A stretch of DNA of 63,658 nt, counting the filler, from Aduncisulcus paluster (Eukaryota): assembly GCA_024181965.1 (NCBI GenBank). It is 13 parts of 13 records of this genome, joined end to end, with 100 filler letters (N's around TTAATTAATTAA, not from the genome) between each part and the next. Parts side by side here need not be neighbours in the genome. Positions count along the whole stretch, not along the records: positions 42,055 to 44,085 come from BQXS01011702.1; positions 44,186 to 46,647 come from BQXS01011703.1; positions 46,748 to 50,257 come from BQXS01011704.1; positions 50,358 to 52,994 come from BQXS01011706.1; positions 53,095 to 56,287 come from BQXS01011707.1; 8 more parts are not named here. One strand, given 5' to 3'. A program made the position numbers and the translations under genes. The notes beneath the pieces are model-generated. The model was not told where the DNA came from. It ran no database searches and saw only the letters and a list, made by a program, of their open reading frames with translations. This document shows, piece after piece, positions 42,055-53,291 of the stretch (positions are counted from its first letter, which is position 1; every line of letters starts with the position of its first letter).

Positions 42055-43788
42055 AAAGAGCAATTCGAGCGAGCACAAAGAATGAAAGACGGTAAAGTAG
42101 AGCAAGAGAAGAGAGACAAAGAAGAGGCTGAGAGAAAGAGGCGAGAAGAGGCCAAAAGAAAGCAAGAAGAGGAGAGGAAGAAGAAAGAAGAAGCCGAGAG
42201 AAAAAAGCAAAACGATGAGATCAGACGCAAAGACGAAGAGATTCGCAAAAGAAAAGAGGAAGAAGAGGCAAAGAGGCAGAAAGATGAGAAAGAAAAGGAA
42301 CAGAAACGGCGTGACTTGATCAAAGAGGTTAAAGCTTTGCAACAACAGATTGAAGAAACTCCCTCTGTTAGTGATAGTGATGGTCATAGTCATATTACTC
42401 AACCAAAACCTTCTTCTTCTTCTTCTTCTTCTTCTTCAATCTCGCACGACAAACACGTTCCAAAGAAGAAATCGTATATCTTGCTCTCGTCAGAAGGAAT
42501 GGAATCCCATTGCATCATCGGGGAAGGTGGATTCGGCCAAGTGTTGCTCATTAGCATTCCAGGTATCAGCGATGAGTATTGTGTTCTTAAGAAGATGGTA
42601 AAACAAGCTGACAAGGAAGTTGTTAAGAAATGTAAAAAAGAATTCAAGACTCAGCGAAACCTTTTCCTGAACGTGAAATGCAGTCGTCGTATCCCTCGTC
42701 CAATGTACATGCTTGATCTTCTCGATGAAGACTATTGCGGTGTGCTTGGGTTTTGTATGGAGTTCTGTCTTGGCGGAAGTGTCAAAGACTTTGCAAGGAA
42801 GTGGTGTTGCATTGACACCCTTAATCCTACAGAACAAAGAGAAGCAGTGGGAGCAGAGTTGTCCGATGAGAATTCCTCAGATTCCTCAGATTCCTCAGAT
42901 TCCTCGGATTCCTCAGATTCGAGTTCCTCCTCTTCTTCGGACTCATTTGATGGTGGAGGATTTGATCCAAAATGTTATGATCCGCTTCGAGTGTGTTCTC
43001 TTTGTCATGGAATGGTCAAGTGTCTCGACGATGTCATGCAAGCGAGTCCAAATTTTATTCATCGAGACATTAAACCAGACAATTTCCTTGTGAGAGCCGA
43101 TGCAAAGACGAAAAGCTGTGAAGTGGTTATGGGAGATCTTGGCCTTGTGAGTATCATGAACTCAATCTCTTCCTCTGCATCTTCCATGTCCTTCTCTCTG
43201 AGCCAACATCCACTTGCATCCACTTCCTCTGCCTCCAGATCATCATCAACATCGACTACAGCCACCCGTCATGGAGGGCGAGAAACAACTCAACGCTCGC
43301 TGTGTGGAACGTATGTGTACAACTCTCCTCAAGCTCTTGAAGGACACCATTCCCCTGAGAGTGATGCTTACTCACTTGGAATGACGATCTATGCCCTGTT
43401 TGATGGGAAAGATCCATTCGTCTCCCATCCAATCATGCGTGGCGTTGGGAATGACCCCATCAGTATTGTATCGAAGTTGAGCAGTATCCTTGCCAGACCT
43501 TCTCTGTTTCCCAAAATAGATCAGTGTCCACTGTTCAAACGTTTGAAGGATGTTCCTGAGCATGGACAACTTATCCACGATTGTCTTAGAGATGTGTTTG
43601 AGGGATTATGCAAGTATAGCCTCGAGGAGAGAATGAAAGTTAACGTTGCCAGAGAAAAACTTGATGCCATTTCGGGGTTCCTTCCGAATGTTGGTCAAGG
43701 TTGGAAATATCCTTCGATTGGTGAAGTGATTTCTAGACAAAGGGAAAAATATGGTGAGTGCGGAAGTATCGACGATTTTGGAGAATAA
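42055..43788 (+). CDS. Ser/Thr protein kinase with a charged helical N-terminal region, 5'-truncated
   Basis: IIGEGGFGQV, VLKK, MEFCLGGS, HRDIKPDN, GDLG, LCGTYVYNSPQ, SDAYSLG. GATTCCTCA (SDS) repeats near 42871-42920. Confidence 0.9.
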   Translation, partial: KEQFERAQRMKDGKVEQEKRDKEEAERKRREEAKRKQEEERKKKEEAERKKQNDEIRRKDEEIRKRKEEEEAKRQKDEKEKEQKRRDLIKEVKALQQQIEETPSVSDSDGHSHITQPKPSSSSSSSSSISHDKHVPKKKSYILLSSEGMESHCIIGEGGFGQVLLISIPGISDEYCVLKKMVKQADKEVVKKCKKEFKTQRNLFLNVKCSRRIPRPMYMLDLLDEDYCGVLGFCMEFCLGGSVKDFARKWCCIDTLNPTEQREAVGAELSDENSSDSSDSSDSSDSSDSSSSSSSDSFDGGGFDPKCYDPLRVCSLCHGMVKCLDDVMQASPNFIHRDIKPDNFLVRADAKTKSCEVVMGDLGLVSIMNSISSSASSMSFSLSQHPLASTSSASRSSSTSTTATRHGGRETTQRSLCGTYVYNSPQALEGHHSPESDAYSLGMTIYALFDGKDPFVSHPIMRGVGNDPISIVSKLSSILARPSLFPKIDQCPLFKRLKDVPEHGQLIHDCLRDVFEGLCKYSLEERMKVNVAREKLDAISGFLPNVGQGWKYPSIGEVISRQREKYGECGSIDDFGE

Positions 43789-43970
43789 TGGCCAATAGAA
43801 TGTGGATTGGTAGTTCTCCCGCTCCTAAGAAACATTTTTCTAAACAACATTAAACTCGAAAGATTCGATTTCCCTTGATGATGTCAATTTGTCGCTGTTC
43901 TTTTCTCCTTCAGTATTCTACGATAGGTGCAAACAACGATAGTTTCTTGGACTCGAATGATGGAGTATAT

Positions 43971-43992
43971 TGTGATTGTGATTGTGATTGTG
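43971..43992. repeat. (TGTGAT)n short tandem repeat in the 3' flank
   Basis: tgtgattgtgattgtgattgtg. Confidence 0.8.
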
Positions 43993-44185
43993 CGATTAAT
44001 TTATGATTAATTAGATCCATGTTTTTACTTCATGAATGTATGTTTTTATAACAACAACAATAATAATACAGAATAGAGAACAATTNNNNNNNNNNNNNNN
44101 NNNNNNNNNNNNNNNNNNNNNNNNNNNNNTTAATTAATTAANNNNNNNNNNNNNNNNNNNNNNNNNNNNNNNNNNNNNNNNNNNN

Positions 44186-46062
44186 CATGATCCATACTGT
44201 CCGTCAATACTACACATCTCTGAGACAGTCCCAGGAACCACTGGGCATTCACAGTCACAATTGTCACCAAACCACCCCTCAAGACACACACAGGATGGAA
44301 CAGAGTAAGTTGGATCATCGGATACTGAGAGACACTCCATCTGCGCGGGACATCCACCTGCACTATCCCTAAATGGAACATAGGAGTATGAATTCATAAC
44401 GCCATTTAACACATCTGAGCTAGTTGTTTCAGAGTCACTGCTCAGACAGGACACTCCATCGACGTCAAAAACACATGTAAAAGTCGAGTCATGATCCCAC
44501 CAGTTGTCAAATGAATCATAAACTTTCACATATCCAACATCACACCCGACCGTGAAAAGCTCAACGGAAGTGTCAGGATCAGTAATGTCCAACTCAAGAC
44601 AGAATGCCGGAGTAAAGAAATCGAAGGATCCACAATCACACATCTGCCCGCTAATGATTGCTTGGAAGTTATCTTGTGTTAAAGACTGTGCAAATAGAGC
44701 AGCAAACTCATCATTCGAATAATCGGAACATATAAAATCTTGCTGAAAATTGACAATACGTAGAGACGGTAGATCTGCCGATATAATTGCCGATATATCA
44801 GATAGAGGAGTAAAAAATATTATGATTGATTCAAATAAAGGCAGCGATGCCGGGGAAGATTCCGGTAGTGATCCGAATCCACTCAGACTCTCAACGTCAG
44901 AATGGGATATATCCAGGGACCTCAAAGAAGGGAATATCTGAGCAGAGGAGCTTGACAATGGAACAAACCATTTCTGGAAATTATCATCACCAATTAAAAT
45001 ATTCGAAAAACATATTGTTTCAAGATCAGCGAATTCATTCATGCACTGATAGTCGCTAGCGGTTGTTTGACCAGCAGAAGGGTGATGAAGCTCGATATTA
45101 ACGAGGTTTTCATTGCTACAAATGTCATATGTTCCCAGATCAAGGGAATCATTGGAAGATATGTAAATATTTTGAATATAAGGACACAGCGAGAGGGATG
45201 AAACAGATTCAATGCTGGTATCGGCTAGAACAATGTTAGTAAGGTTACACTCAGCAGCATTAGCAATGAAATCAAGATTGGAGAAAGGTATCCCAGTCAA
45301 AGAAAGAGAAGATATTGAAGGTAATATGGGTGTAAGCTTATCCAATTCAGAATCTGCAAATTCTGTTCCCCCAAAATTATCACCAGAAATAAACAAGAGT
45401 TGGAGGTCGGTGAGAACTTCCAATGCAGTCAAATCAGTGAGTTGACTACAACTAAATAAACTAAGACTAACGACATTTTCAGGGTTAGGGATATCATAAA
45501 GGAATGAGAGACTTGTTATTTGATTAGTTTGCTGGAAGTATATATATCCCAGCGACTGAAGATCAAAGATCCCATTATCCCGTAAAATATCAACAGTAAT
45601 TGGGGATAGGGAGAATCCAATCCTCTCAAGGGCATAAAGATGTGAAATATATGACATATCTTGTTCAGAATCAAAATCTGATATCGTTAATGAGATCAAA
45701 GAGTCAACATGATAATCGAGAAAATCATATGCTCCAACATAAGAACCCAGTGCCAAACTCTGAAGAGCTGTAAAAAATTCAAGTCCACTCATATCATCAA
45801 TAACGCATGCCCCACCAAGATCTAATTCAGTCATGGCCTCAGCTTCGATGAGTGAGATATCACAAGAAAAGGAAGAATACCCGAAGGCTTCACAGAGATA
45901 GGTTTTTAAACATGTATCAGAAATTGTAATATACTCACAATCTTGCCCATATGTTCCATCAGGACACGATAGAACAGAAGAAAAGCAATAACCAAACGCA
46001 ATTAGTAGAAAACAAAAAAAGAGAGAACGAAAATGGATCAGATTAATTGAGAATATTGTCAT
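44186..46062 (-). CDS. Internalin-like LRR and EGF-like cysteine-rich surface protein, 3'-truncated
   Basis: Signal peptide from ATG 46062, CPDGTYGQDC, LRRs (LRSLDISHSDVESLSG; MSGLEFFTALQSLAL), CVCLEGWFGDNC. Confidence 0.8.
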
Positions 46063-46747
46063 AATAGAAAAGAGATTCAAAAAATATATTGAAATAAGAG
46101 AGAGAGTAATCGGTGAGAGCAAATTAGCCCTTTCTTTTTTTTGAGCCAAAATCACAATGATAACATCCAATATATTATCAAAATGAAAAGAAATAACCCC
46201 CAAAAAGAAATATTTTATTTCAATTTTATTGAATAATGCCATTTCAAGTAACAGAAACCAACAATTTGCTCGGATGAATTTCTTCTATAATATTATTGAA
46301 AGAAATACTCACTTCTATCCATAGATCTAGAACTTAGTTACTCACTAGTACTCTTTCAAAAGAAGCTTTCTTGTTGAACAAGTTCGACAACTGAGATATT
46401 GCATTTATTCCACATAAGTTGAGTTGTTCAGACAGAAGTTCAAACCGTTTTGGCCAAGCAAAGCCAAAATAAACAAACGAAAAATCATATATAAGGCCAT
46501 TATATATAATGGAAGGATAAACCGTGGGTTGACTAAAAAAAAGAAAAAAATCAATAAATACTTTACAAGACCAACTTTAAGGCAAAAACAATAAGGAGAA
46601 AAAATCAGAACAAATTCATCTCACCAAAGACACAAAACTTATTCAATNNNNNNNNNNNNNNNNNNNNNNNNNNNNNNNNNNNNNNNNNNNNTTAATTAAT
46701 TAANNNNNNNNNNNNNNNNNNNNNNNNNNNNNNNNNNNNNNNNNNNN

Positions 46748-48483
46748 TTTCTCTCCTTTCTCTTGTAATTCTTTGGCCTTCCTTTCTTCTTCCTCCAATG
46801 TAATTCTGTCTTGTTCTTCTCGCCTTTTGAACTCCTCTTCCTTCAGTTTATCAAGGAAATGCCTCTCAAGCTCTTCAGCCAGAGCAATTCCTCGTTTCTT
46901 CCGTCCATGCACAAGCACTACGTGTCTAGGCATGAGCTTCGTCAAGAAATCCCTGGTTTGAGGGTAATCTGAGTGTGCACTGAAAGACACTTCTTTGATC
47001 TCGATCTGACGAGCTACTCTGACACCTCCAAGGGTCGTGATTTCAGTTGGTTCTCTGAGAATATCAAATCCAAACGTGCCTTCAACGCAATACCCTGTGA
47101 TAACGACTCCGTTGTTTCCATCAGAGGCCCACTTATCGAAGAGATGCCGGGAGAGACCACTCTGAAGCATTCCGGGAGCTGCTAACACAACACAGGGAAA
47201 GGAGTCATGTCTTTTCACCTGATGGGTCCGCATTAGACGTGAATAAGAAGATGAAGAACTCTTTGACTCGTGAGACAAAGAGGATGTACCAGTTGTTTTG
47301 GACATTCCATCTTTTTTCAAGATCGATAGTCTCTTCTTCTCTTTCCTTTCGAGGTCAGTTCTTAGAGCAACATCAATATTAAAGGCACTTGCGTCGTTCT
47401 TGAAAGCAACAGAGACGGCGCTCTGAGGGAATTCAGAGACATATTCGAACTCAAAAGGGGGATGCTGACTCTCACTCAGATCTTTCACACGCTTGTTCAT
47501 GAATGCAATGTTCTCGCGGAAGATCTCCATTGCTCGCTGGGAAGTGTGGGACGCATAATATATGGGGATGTGACCCAGTATCTCAGGGTAGAGCCTCCAC
47601 ACACTTTCTAGAATAAGAAGAAGCTCCTGGGCACGTCCAACAGCAAACACGGGCACAAGACATTTACCACCACGACGAACAATGTCGAGAACATACTTTA
47701 TAAATCTATTCTCACGCCGGAGCCTAGGTTCATGAAGACCTCGACCGAATGTAGACTCACATATCACAGCATCGATATATTCGTGAGGAATCTCTGCCGA
47801 AAGCAAGTGTCTATCCTCATTACTTGAGAAATCGCCGGTATATAATAATCTCTTTCCAGCAACTTCAACCATGAACATACAAGCACCAAGAACATGTCCG
47901 GCTAAATATGCTTTAAACTTTATGCCGTTATATTCATACATTTGATGGATATTTATCGGCTCTATTCTATCAAAGGATCGGATAACATCCTCATGGGAAA
48001 ATATCGTCGGAACATCTGTGTTACCTCCCATTCCAGAGCCCAACTGAGAAACTCTCGAAAAGTCAGACATAACTAATTTGTATATTTCCTTTGTAGGATG
48101 TGTCATAAACACAGGACCAGAAAAATCGGTCTTATTAACAAAATACGGAATGGCAGCGCAATGATCAATATGAAAATGAGAACATAAAACCAAGTCAATC
48201 GTTTTACAGTCAATAGAATCAAAAAATGGAAGGACTTTAGCACCTTGAAAGGCTGGATGAATTCCACAATCAAACTAAATGAAAAGTTATAAAATGTGAT
48301 GAATAAACAATACAAATGTATATTTTATATTCGTTGATACTATATAAATAAAACAAAATTCATTGCTTGTTGAAATACAATCAGAATCATCATAGAACAT
48401 ACCATAATGTTTTTTCCGCCAAGAGTCACAACTATACAGCTCCTACCTACCTCTCTTCCAGCACCAAGCACATTTACTTTCAT
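46748..48483 (-). CDS. CPSF3: Cleavage/polyadenylation endonuclease CPSF73 (exon 1 48483-48403, exon 2 from 48274; 3'-truncated)
   Basis: LGAGREVGRSC, FDCGIHP, SHFHIDH, AGHVLGA, YTGDFSSNEDRHL, PVFAVGRAQELLLIL, PGMLQSGLS, FSAH. Confidence 0.9.
48275..48402 (-). other. Spliceosomal intron, 128 nt, phase 0
   Basis: GTATGT...TTTTCATTTAG. Removal gives KNIM|FDCGIHP. Confidence 0.92.
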
Positions 48484-49299
48484 TGTAGTAATGTGAATTG
48501 CGCTCAAAACACAAATCATGTTGTTGTGATCGAATTATAAAGATAAGTGACATATCATAATGTCAATTGCTGTTAAACATGGATTTTACTTGACATTTCC
48601 TGAGCATATATTCAGAATATGGGTGTATATGGTTCTACAAGAAAAATGGCTATATCTCTGTTATTCGTATCCGAACAAAAAAAGTTACAATTTAAAGAAA
48701 TCAGTTACTTCTCATTATTCCATTTTTCTCACATATTAATCAGTTGGATATCGGATTCAGCCCACCTTCTTCAGATCGTTTTTTTTTTTTGATCAACAAA
48801 TCACCCTTTTCTTCTNNNNNNNNNNNNNNNNNNNNAGTCACAACTATACAGCTCCTACCTACCTCTCTTCCAGCACCAAGCACATTTACTTTCATTGTAG
48901 TAATGTGAATTGCGCTCAAAACACAAATCATGTTGTTGTGATCGAATTATAAAGATAAGTGACATATCATAATGTCAATTGCTGTTAAACATGGATTTTA
49001 CTTGACATTTCCTGAGCATATATTCAGAATATGGGTGTATATGGTTCTACAAGAAAAATGGCTATATCTCTGTTATTCGTATCCGAACAAAAAAAGTTAC
49101 AATTTAAAGAAATCAGTTACTTCTCATTATTCCATTTTTCTCACATATTAATCAGTTGGATATCGGATTCAGCCCACCTTCTTCAGATCGTTTTTTTTTT
49201 TTTGATCAACAAATCACCCTTTTCTTCTTGCAAGAGCCAGTAATTTCCTTCAAGCTTTGTCATATATCAAGTTCTAGAGTGATTGATATAAAAGGAACT

Positions 49300-50257
49300 A
49301 TGCCTTTAGGTGAACTTACCCAAACAACAATAATACCAAAAAGTAAGAAATCGAGCTTACTTATTTCCCGAAAGGGGGAGACTATCGAAAAAAAGTCTCA
49401 AAAACTCGATATCCCACCAGAGTATTCAATTGGAATTCCTTTACCTCCTCGTACAAGATCCTTGATTTCAGACATTTATCATCATTGTCTGACCTGTCCG
49501 ATTTGTCTTGAAATTATCGAAGAACATCAAGCCATCTGGAATTGTCCTGACTGCAAAACCATTATTCACCTCGAATGTATTCATACTTGGAGAAAACAAT
49601 GTCTCACAAATCCAAAACAGAGTCTTCGTGAAATTCTTGAGGAGGAGGAAGATCTACGTCGTACCTCCGGGCTTCCGCCGGTGAGGCATCATACTGAGGT
49701 TCGTTATATCAGACAAGATCTGTTTCACGATGTTGCTAGACTGGTTCAAGAACAAGAACAAGAGTCCAGATCAATGCAGCTCCAACGTTCTATTTCTTCT
49801 CAACTCGAGGAAGCACCCAGATCTAAACCATCCCAACCCAAAGTGTGGACATGCCCTTCGTGTCGTCACAAATTTCCCCAAAGTGACGAGTCAACCACTA
49901 CTTCTAGCTGTTACTGTGGTGCCACAACTCAGCATATTACTGATTTTGACAGGCGTGGGGGCAAGAAATCCACAAAGTCCAAGGCTATTTTGAGAACCAG
50001 TCATTTGCACGATTCTTCCTTTCCTCACTCATGTGGAAACATCTGTGGTAAAGTGTTAGACTGTGGTTTACATCGTTGTAGACTTCCTTGTCATCCTGGT
50101 GAGTGTTATTCCTGTTCTGCTCCTCCACACTCTTGTCAATGTATGTGTGGTAAGGAACCAAGGGAAGTTGGATGTGAGATTATTGCTTCCGTGCGTGAAA
50201 GAGAGAGGAGAGCTGGTGGAAGTGATGGTTACTCTGGAGAATGGCTTAATTTGAAAC
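49300..50257 (+). CDS. NF-X1-type zinc-finger protein (NFX1/NFXL1/FAP1-like), 3'-truncated
   Basis: CPICLEII..AIWNCPDCKTIIHLECIHTW...WTCPSC, CYCG, PHSCGNICGKVLDCGLHRCRLPCHPGEC. Confidence 0.88.
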
Positions 50258-50357
50258 NNNNNNNNNNNNNNNNNNNNNNNNNNNNNNNNNNNNNNNNNNN
50301 NTTAATTAATTAANNNNNNNNNNNNNNNNNNNNNNNNNNNNNNNNNNNNNNNNNNNN

Positions 50358-51071
50358 CATGAATAGAGTTGGCATTTGGGAGGTTATAAGTTTCTGTCCA
50401 GTCGTGGAAAGAGCTTTAAATTGAGTCTGTCCAAGAATATAAATGAAATGCTTCTGGACTATGGTTCTAATAAGTAAAAGTGCAGCACAATGGATGGCAT
50501 GTTTATCACGTATCAACACGGTGGGATTAATGAAATTACAGAGTGTCATAAGGATGCTAAATAGGTTAGTTTTATATATTTCACGATCATTCATCGCTGT
50601 TTGACTGGTATCGGAGATGCTTCGGGTAGTTATGGCGAATAATATATCAATACCAGTAACACATTTTTTGTCCTTTGAATCTTCATGGATACATATTAAA
50701 TACTGGAATATAAGAGAAAAAACATCATGAGCAAAATATCCAACGTGAATTACAACATTTTTAGGGAAAATGACAAGGATCTCCTGATATACATAAAGAA
50801 GATTATTTATAATGTATAAAATATATTCCGTTGCTCCTGTACTTTTTGTTCTAGTCCGTAATACATCTCTTAATATTCCAAGTGTCCCTACACAGAACTT
50901 TGCAAAATATCCAGGATTGCGTCGCGCAGCTTCAATAAAGGATCTATTATTTTTTGATTTTGACATCGATGAATAAAGATTTGTTGATATTTGCCATAAT
51001 TGTTTTAGATAATCAGGCGCTGCAGAATCAAGCTTGAATAGCCCAACTATCAGGTTAGATAATCCACTCAT
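50358..51071 (-). CDS. Hypothetical alpha-helical protein, 3'-truncated
   Basis: 238 open codons from ATG to the linker; amphipathic helical pattern. Confidence 0.65.
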
Positions 51072-51425
51072 CTAATTTAATTAACAATCAAAAAAGAAAT
51101 TTTGATGGCCAAATAACAAATAATTTTCGAATTTGCAGAGAAAACAGTGAAATTAGAAATCTACAAACGATTTGTTTTAAAAATAAGAAAAAAATAACTT
51201 TTTAATGTTTTTAAATACGATTTTATTAAACAAATATTTCATAGTTACAAAAATTATTAACACTATCCATAAGAACAGACATTGAATGAAAATTGTGATC
51301 ATATCAGAAATAATTCAGAAATATCATCCAATAAAATAGATATTATCCCTTCATAAATGCCTAATTCTTTGAATCTTACTACCTTCTTTATGAACTTAAG
51401 ACCGATTTCCAAGAAATAATCCATC

Positions 51426-52994
51426 TCATTGAGATTCCCATAATTTCTGTGTTCCAATTTCCGCCAATATCCACTTTTCTCCGTCATTTATCATGAAAAA
51501 CTCGTCAATAACATGTGTTAGTTGGTTGGGTAATAATTTAAAGTTTGCAGGAAGAACATCCGAAGCACAAAGAATTGACGTTGTATTTGAGAAATAACCA
51601 AATCCAAAATGAGCAATGTAAAGAACAAAATCTTCAAATTCCTCGAAATGAATTTTCCCACCATTCTTCTTGGTTCTCCTTACCTTTTCTTGAATCAATG
51701 GTTCAAATTCCTTCACTTGAGTTACGTTAGATTTCCACATTAACTCCATCCTACATTCGGGAACAATAAACTTTAATATACCGACAAAAATAGATTCAAT
51801 TGAGAAACTAGAACAACACGGACCACAAGAACTGCTCCAGACTGCACAGCAATAAGTTTCATGGTTGTCACATCCATGCAAGAAAGATGGAAAGGGGAAT
51901 ATCGCCAAGTTAGTATTACTTGGAATAGATATAGAATGCAGAGGAAACGCAAGAGGTTTAAAAACTTTAGGTAATTGTATTGGAATAGCTCTGAATGAAA
52001 GAGAAGAGAAGGAGAATAAAATCAAAGCGGGGAAAGTCCTGTCACTCCTCTTCTCCTCCTTTCTTCTTCTTTCTCTCATCTCTGATCTATTTATAGAATC
52101 ATATGAGGCAAGAACAACAGGCTTTCCACGAAGAATAATGCCTTCGGGAATTATAAAATAATATCTAGCATCAAACTCATACGGTGATCTATACTCAGAT
52201 ATTGATATATGGATTGTATTGCTAATTATAGAATGAGAAGAAGAGAGAGAAGAAGAGAGAGAGGAAGAGAGAGAGGAAGAGGAAGGATTCTTGTTAAGGG
52301 AAGGTATGGTAATAAATTGGAATTTGGATGAAGAAGTAGAAGACAAATGAGGAATTTTATCAGATGTTGGTGACTGATGTTTATGATGTTGACCTCTTTT
52401 CCTCCTCTTCTCTCTTCTCTTTCTTTCGTAATAAGAATCCTTATCTTTACCGATTATCTCCTGGAACTCTCTTTTAGCTTGTATTTGTTTATCTCCATTG
52501 GGTGATAATACATGACCTGAAACAATCAATAGTCTATCAATGTCATTCATCGCTGCAGTGCCATCCATAAGAAGCTCCATCGTATCATTTATGTCATATA
52601 TATCTGAATGATCTTCTGAATGTTCTTCTGAATGGTCTTCTGAATGTTCTGGCTCTTGCTTTTCTTGGTCATAGTCATCAGAAACGATATCTTTTATATT
52701 TATATATTCACTTCCTCTTGCTGCATCAAAATGTGAGTATGTATGATCTTGGCCATAAGAAGATGTCTTAGTTTCCATACTCTTTGTTGATTTCATACTC
52801 CTTTTGATTATCTTCTTGCCTTTCTTTGACTTTACCATTAACTTGGCACAACCTTCAATGAAACTTATATCATCATGGAGATTAGACACGAGATTGGATG
52901 AAACATGAGCATATTGGTATCCAATTCCAAGTTCTTCGGATTCTCTTTCTTCTTCTTCTGATGCCTCTTCTCCTTCTGTTGCTAAGTGTTCGTG
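51426..52994 (-). CDS. Hypothetical protein, 5'-truncated
   Basis: Frame is open from the contig edge (HEHLATEGEE...) to TGA at 51426. Confidence 0.7.
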   Translation of the reverse strand, partial: HEHLATEGEEASEEEERESEELGIGYQYAHVSSNLVSNLHDDISFIEGCAKLMVKSKKGKKIIKRSMKSTKSMETKTSSYGQDHTYSHFDAARGSEYINIKDIVSDDYDQEKQEPEHSEDHSEEHSEDHSDIYDINDTMELLMDGTAAMNDIDRLLIVSGHVLSPNGDKQIQAKREFQEIIGKDKDSYYERKRREKRRKRGQHHKHQSPTSDKIPHLSSTSSSKFQFITIPSLNKNPSSSSLSSSLSSSLSSSHSIISNTIHISISEYRSPYEFDARYYFIIPEGIILRGKPVVLASYDSINRSEMRERRRKEEKRSDRTFPALILFSFSSLSFRAIPIQLPKVFKPLAFPLHSISIPSNTNLAIFPFPSFLHGCDNHETYCCAVWSSSCGPCCSSFSIESIFVGILKFIVPECRMELMWKSNVTQVKEFEPLIQEKVRRTKKNGGKIHFEEFEDFVLYIAHFGFGYFSNTTSILCASDVLPANFKLLPNQLTHVIDEFFMINDGEKWILAEIGTQKLWESQ

Positions 52995-53291
52995 NNNNNN
53001 NNNNNNNNNNNNNNNNNNNNNNNNNNNNNNNNNNNNNNTTAATTAATTAANNNNNNNNNNNNNNNNNNNNNNNNNNNNNNNNNNNNNNNNNNNNGTTGCA
53101 CTTTAGAAATATAAGGTATTTATCAATTAAATTATGGACCTAAGATACACAATTATTCAAAAATAAATGATTTTGATCAAAAAAACATGAAAATATGACC
53201 GGGTAAAAAAAAAGTGGCGAAATAAAATCAAATCTCAGAAAAGGTAACCAGACAACGAAGTTGTGAACAATTAAAAAACCAATTTTTGGAG

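Noticed and set aside
48836..48895. Second copy of CPSF73 exon 1 suggesting trans-splicing or alternative first exons
   Set aside because: It is part of the 392-bp gap-overlap duplication.
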